Positions 5,854 through 7,495 of a stretch of 7,495 bases of DNA are shown here, piece by piece; the first letter of the stretch is position 1, and the number at the start of each line of letters is the position of its first letter. The DNA lies in contig AWOE01000087.1 of assembly GCA_000494145.1 (NCBI GenBank), positions 1 through 7,495 on the forward strand. Direction: 5' to 3'. Both the position numbers and the translations under genes were made by a program. This DNA is from Candidatus Calditenuaceae archaeon JGI OTU-1. GTDB taxonomy: Archaea; Thermoproteota; Nitrososphaeria_A; Caldarchaeales; Calditenuaceae. The notes beneath the pieces were generated by a model that ran no database searches, was not told where the DNA came from, and saw only the letters and a program-made list of their open reading frames with translations.

Positions 5854-5890
5854 CCCTAAATAAGGGTGGATAACCGGCTCGAGGACCCTC
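5854..5890. repeat. Degenerate, colinear copy of the tRNA 5' part and its upstream flank (compare 61-114)
   Basis: Three blocks occur in the same order: CCCTA (61-65 / 5854-5858), AGGTGGGTAACC (75-86) versus AGGGTGGATAACC (5863-5875) at 11 of 13, and exact TCGAGGACCCTC (103-114 / 5879-5890). Indels separate the blocks. Confidence 0.35.
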
Positions 5891-5894
5891 GAGG
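5878..5894 (+). repeat. Tandem CTCGAGG ... CTCGAGG with 10-bp periodicity
   Basis: CTCGAGG occurs at 5878-5884 and 5888-5894, one helical turn apart. Confidence 0.5.
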
Positions 5895-5915
5895 CCCTTG
5901 GAGGGCGCTCCGGGC

Positions 5916-5923
5916 TTTAAATA
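5916..5923 (+). promoter_or_regulatory. Putative TATA box (TTTAAATA) upstream of the HTH gene
   Basis: The octamer matches the consensus. It lies about 88 nt upstream of ATG 6008. It is nearly palindromic, so it could also fire on the minus strand. Confidence 0.4.
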
Positions 5924-6007
5924 GGCCCCTCCCCTCGGCCTTTATGCGGGCGGGGGGAATGTAGACAAAAACGCCAAAAATAGCCGTATCGTGACATATG
6001 TGACGGC

Positions 6008-6400
6008 ATGAGCGAGCTGATAAAGGTTTCCGAAGCCGCGAAACGGCTCGGCGTCTCTAAGCGCAGCCTTTACCGGTGGATCGAGGCCGGTCGATTGCAG
6101 GCCTGCGTGCTCCGTCTGCCTTCGGGCCGACTCCGCATAGACTGGGCGCTCTTACTCGAGGAATTGAAGGCATGGGACGAGTTCTGGCGCGATAAACGTC
6201 GGAAGAAATTCGGGCCCCGATTCTGCTCCCTAACGCATCAGGCGGAGGGCCGGCAAGGGAGACGTAGAGGGGCTGGAGGAGCTGCTGACGGGTTACGCGC
6301 TCTTCCTGCCGCTGTTGCTCAACCTCCACCTGATCGACCTAGCCCTGCTCCAGAGCCTCGGCGCGTTCTAGGAATGGTGGCCCGGGGAAGGAGAAGATGA
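6008..6400 (+). CDS. Excisionase/MerR-family helix-turn-helix DNA-binding protein. The 3' boundary is doubtful and the gene may be frameshifted.
   Basis: It starts at an ATG. The first ~57 aa, MSELIKVSEAAKRLGVSKRSLYRWIEAGRLQACVLRLPSGRLRIDWALLLEEL, fit the HTH_17/excisionase pattern (EAA..LGVS..tlYRWi..G.l....g..ri....l). The remaining ~70 aa are Arg/Gly/Ala/Pro low complexity, typical of read-through in GC-rich DNA. Confidence 0.65.
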   Translation: MSELIKVSEAAKRLGVSKRSLYRWIEAGRLQACVLRLPSGRLRIDWALLLEELKAWDEFWRDKRRKKFGPRFCSLTHQAEGRQGRRRGAGGAADGLRALPAAVAQPPPDRPSPAPEPRRVLGMVARGRRR

Positions 6401-6491
6401 GGGTGAAGCTGTCGGAGGCGAGGGTTGGGCGGAGCTCTGAGGTGTGACTAAGCCGACTTGCGAGGCAGGCGATCTTTGCTTTTCTAGGTCT

Positions 6492-7495
6492 TCAGCGCCT
6501 CTCCAGCCTTCTCCTCACCGCTACGAAGAGGTTTCCGAAGATGATTATGGCGAGTACCCTTATCAGGATCTCTATGGCGATGGGGGCTTTTGCTAGGAAG
6601 CTGAAGTCCTTGAAGGATCTGACCTGGAAGAATACGGCTGAGACGGCTTCGAGGTTCTCCAAGTATTTGGTGAGGAGTAAATGGAGTGGGACGGGGCCGC
6701 CGATTCCCGGGTTGTAGAGGAGCAAGAGGATGGACGCGAGTAGGGTAGTCGCAATTGCAAGGATGATGGGCCTGTTTACCGATTCTCCGTACCTTGAAAC
6801 GAATTCGTAGATGTGGTGGGCAAGTCTCTCAAAAACGTTGGTCTTCCGCAGAAGTTTTCTGGCAAGCCTCATCTCCTTAATAAAGAGGTCTGCAGCTTCG
6901 GTGAACATCCTGTTTGCCTCCAAACATTTTCTGATGGACTTATACTCCGCAAGCACAGTCTCCGGGTTAAGATATGGCTTATGCTCTTCTGCGTATTCTC
7001 TAATCACTTCTGGTATGTTATCGGTGGGGTTTCCTCCATCCGATCCACCCGCTTTCTCGGACTCCACTATTCTCATCAGCATTTCGTCGAGTATATCCTC
7101 ATTTCCCGTCCGGGCAGGTACCAGATAAATACCTTCAATATTAGTCAATAAGAATGAAACTCTTGAAAGGGGATAACCTATTATATAGGTATTTTTTGGC
7201 TCCCTGAACGTCGTTAAGAGGAACGCTAGATAACCCTGGTTGTCCTCAGCGGCTTTGAAGTGGACCTGCTTATTAAAGGTGCTGTAGGGAAATTTTATCA
7301 ACGAATTGAAACGGCATCCTGTGAAATATGCGTCTCCATTAAATGTCACCTCAGTAAACGTGACCCGCTTATTAAAGGTGGAGTCGCGAATGTCTATTGA
7401 CGAAGAGAAACGGCATTTTATGAATAATACTTCTTCATTAAATGTTGCTCCATAAAAAAATACATCCTCCTCGAATTCTGCCTTTATAAAGTAGA
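6492..7495 (-). CDS. Pentapeptide-repeat-like (beta-helix) protein with a helical linker and two C-terminal TM helices. It is 5'-partial and continues past the right window edge.
   Basis: The frame stays open from 7495 down to the stop at 6492-6494. The listed GTG at 7349 is internal, because upstream codons read ...AEFEEDVFFYGATFNEEVLFIKCRFSSSIDIRDSTFNKRVTFTE in the same repeat style. Aromatic/aliphatic residues recur about every 5 aa. The C-terminus has VSRYGESVNRPIILAIATTLLASILLLLY and PIAIEILIRVLAIIIFGNLFVAV as TM helices, followed by an RRRLERR tail. Confidence 0.75.
   Translation of the reverse strand, partial: YFIKAEFEEDVFFYGATFNEEVLFIKCRFSSSIDIRDSTFNKRVTFTEVTFNGDAYFTGCRFNSLIKFPYSTFNKQVHFKAAEDNQGYLAFLLTTFREPKNTYIIGYPLSRVSFLLTNIEGIYLVPARTGNEDILDEMLMRIVESEKAGGSDGGNPTDNIPEVIREYAEEHKPYLNPETVLAEYKSIRKCLEANRMFTEAADLFIKEMRLARKLLRKTNVFERLAHHIYEFVSRYGESVNRPIILAIATTLLASILLLLYNPGIGGPVPLHLLLTKYLENLEAVSAVFFQVRSFKDFSFLAKAPIAIEILIRVLAIIIFGNLFVAVRRRLERR
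7258..7455 (-). repeat. Intragenic tandem duplication of a 99-bp (33-codon) unit in the repeat domain
   Basis: 7258-7356 versus 7357-7455 are about two-thirds identical by hand alignment. Exact blocks at a 99-nt offset are GCTTATTAAAGGTG (7268-7281 / 7367-7380), GAAACGGCAT (7308-7317 / 7407-7416) and CATTAAATGT (7336-7345 / 7435-7444). Confidence 0.7.

Noticed and set aside
5948-5958. GCGGGGGGAAT as a duplicate of the tRNA 3' end (expected plus-strand form GCGGGGGGTGG)
   Set aside because: Only an 8-nt G-rich match is present, with immediate divergence. This is too short and too low in complexity to call an att copy.
6057-6329. Antisense ORF 6057-6329(-)
   Set aside because: It is the GC-rich shadow of the HTH gene and its product has no recognisable features.
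1370-7151. Internal or antisense ORFs 1370-1606, 1861-2055, 2357-2542, 3409-3591, 4569-4757, 5128-5316, 6811-7128 and 6813-7151
   Set aside because: All are fully nested in much longer ORFs that have coherent domain architecture. They have no motifs or promoter signals of their own.

Overview
The window looks archaeal: it has an initiator-type tRNA-Met, and TTTAAATA/TATATATA boxes sit about 25-30 nt upstream of likely transcript starts. It is a compositional mosaic, based on hand counts of 60-nt blocks. (1) nt 1-1000, about 58-63% GC: tRNA-Met(CAT) on the minus strand, cut by the left edge, then a multiply frameshifted, 3'-truncated tyrosine integrase. The integrase ends exactly at a 13-nt copy of the tRNA D-arm sequence. 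(2) nt 1001-5550, about 33-50% GC: two convergent genes. One is a 928-aa secreted glycoside-hydrolase-like protein on a roughly 115-aa coiled-coil stalk with a C-terminal membrane anchor. The other is a 415-aa membrane protein with 4 TM helices, a double zinc ribbon, another TM helix and a DUF4352-like ectodomain. (3) nt 5560-6480, about 47-70% GC: about 450 nt with no ORF but many repeats, then an excisionase/MerR-type HTH gene with an implausible low-complexity tail. (4) nt 6492-7495, about 46% GC: a pentapeptide-like beta-helix plus 2-TM protein on the minus strand that runs off the right edge. I see no CRISPR array, rRNA, IS element or recognisable defence or toxin-antitoxin genes. I cannot support a defined multi-gene system. 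The most interesting signals are an SSV-like self-split topology of the integrase relic at the tRNA, a possible tRNA-bounded island of about 5.8 kb carrying the two surface-protein genes, the stalk-anchored GH-like protein, and a leader with a perfect 23-bp hairpin in front of it. All functional calls come from motif recognition by eye, not from searches.
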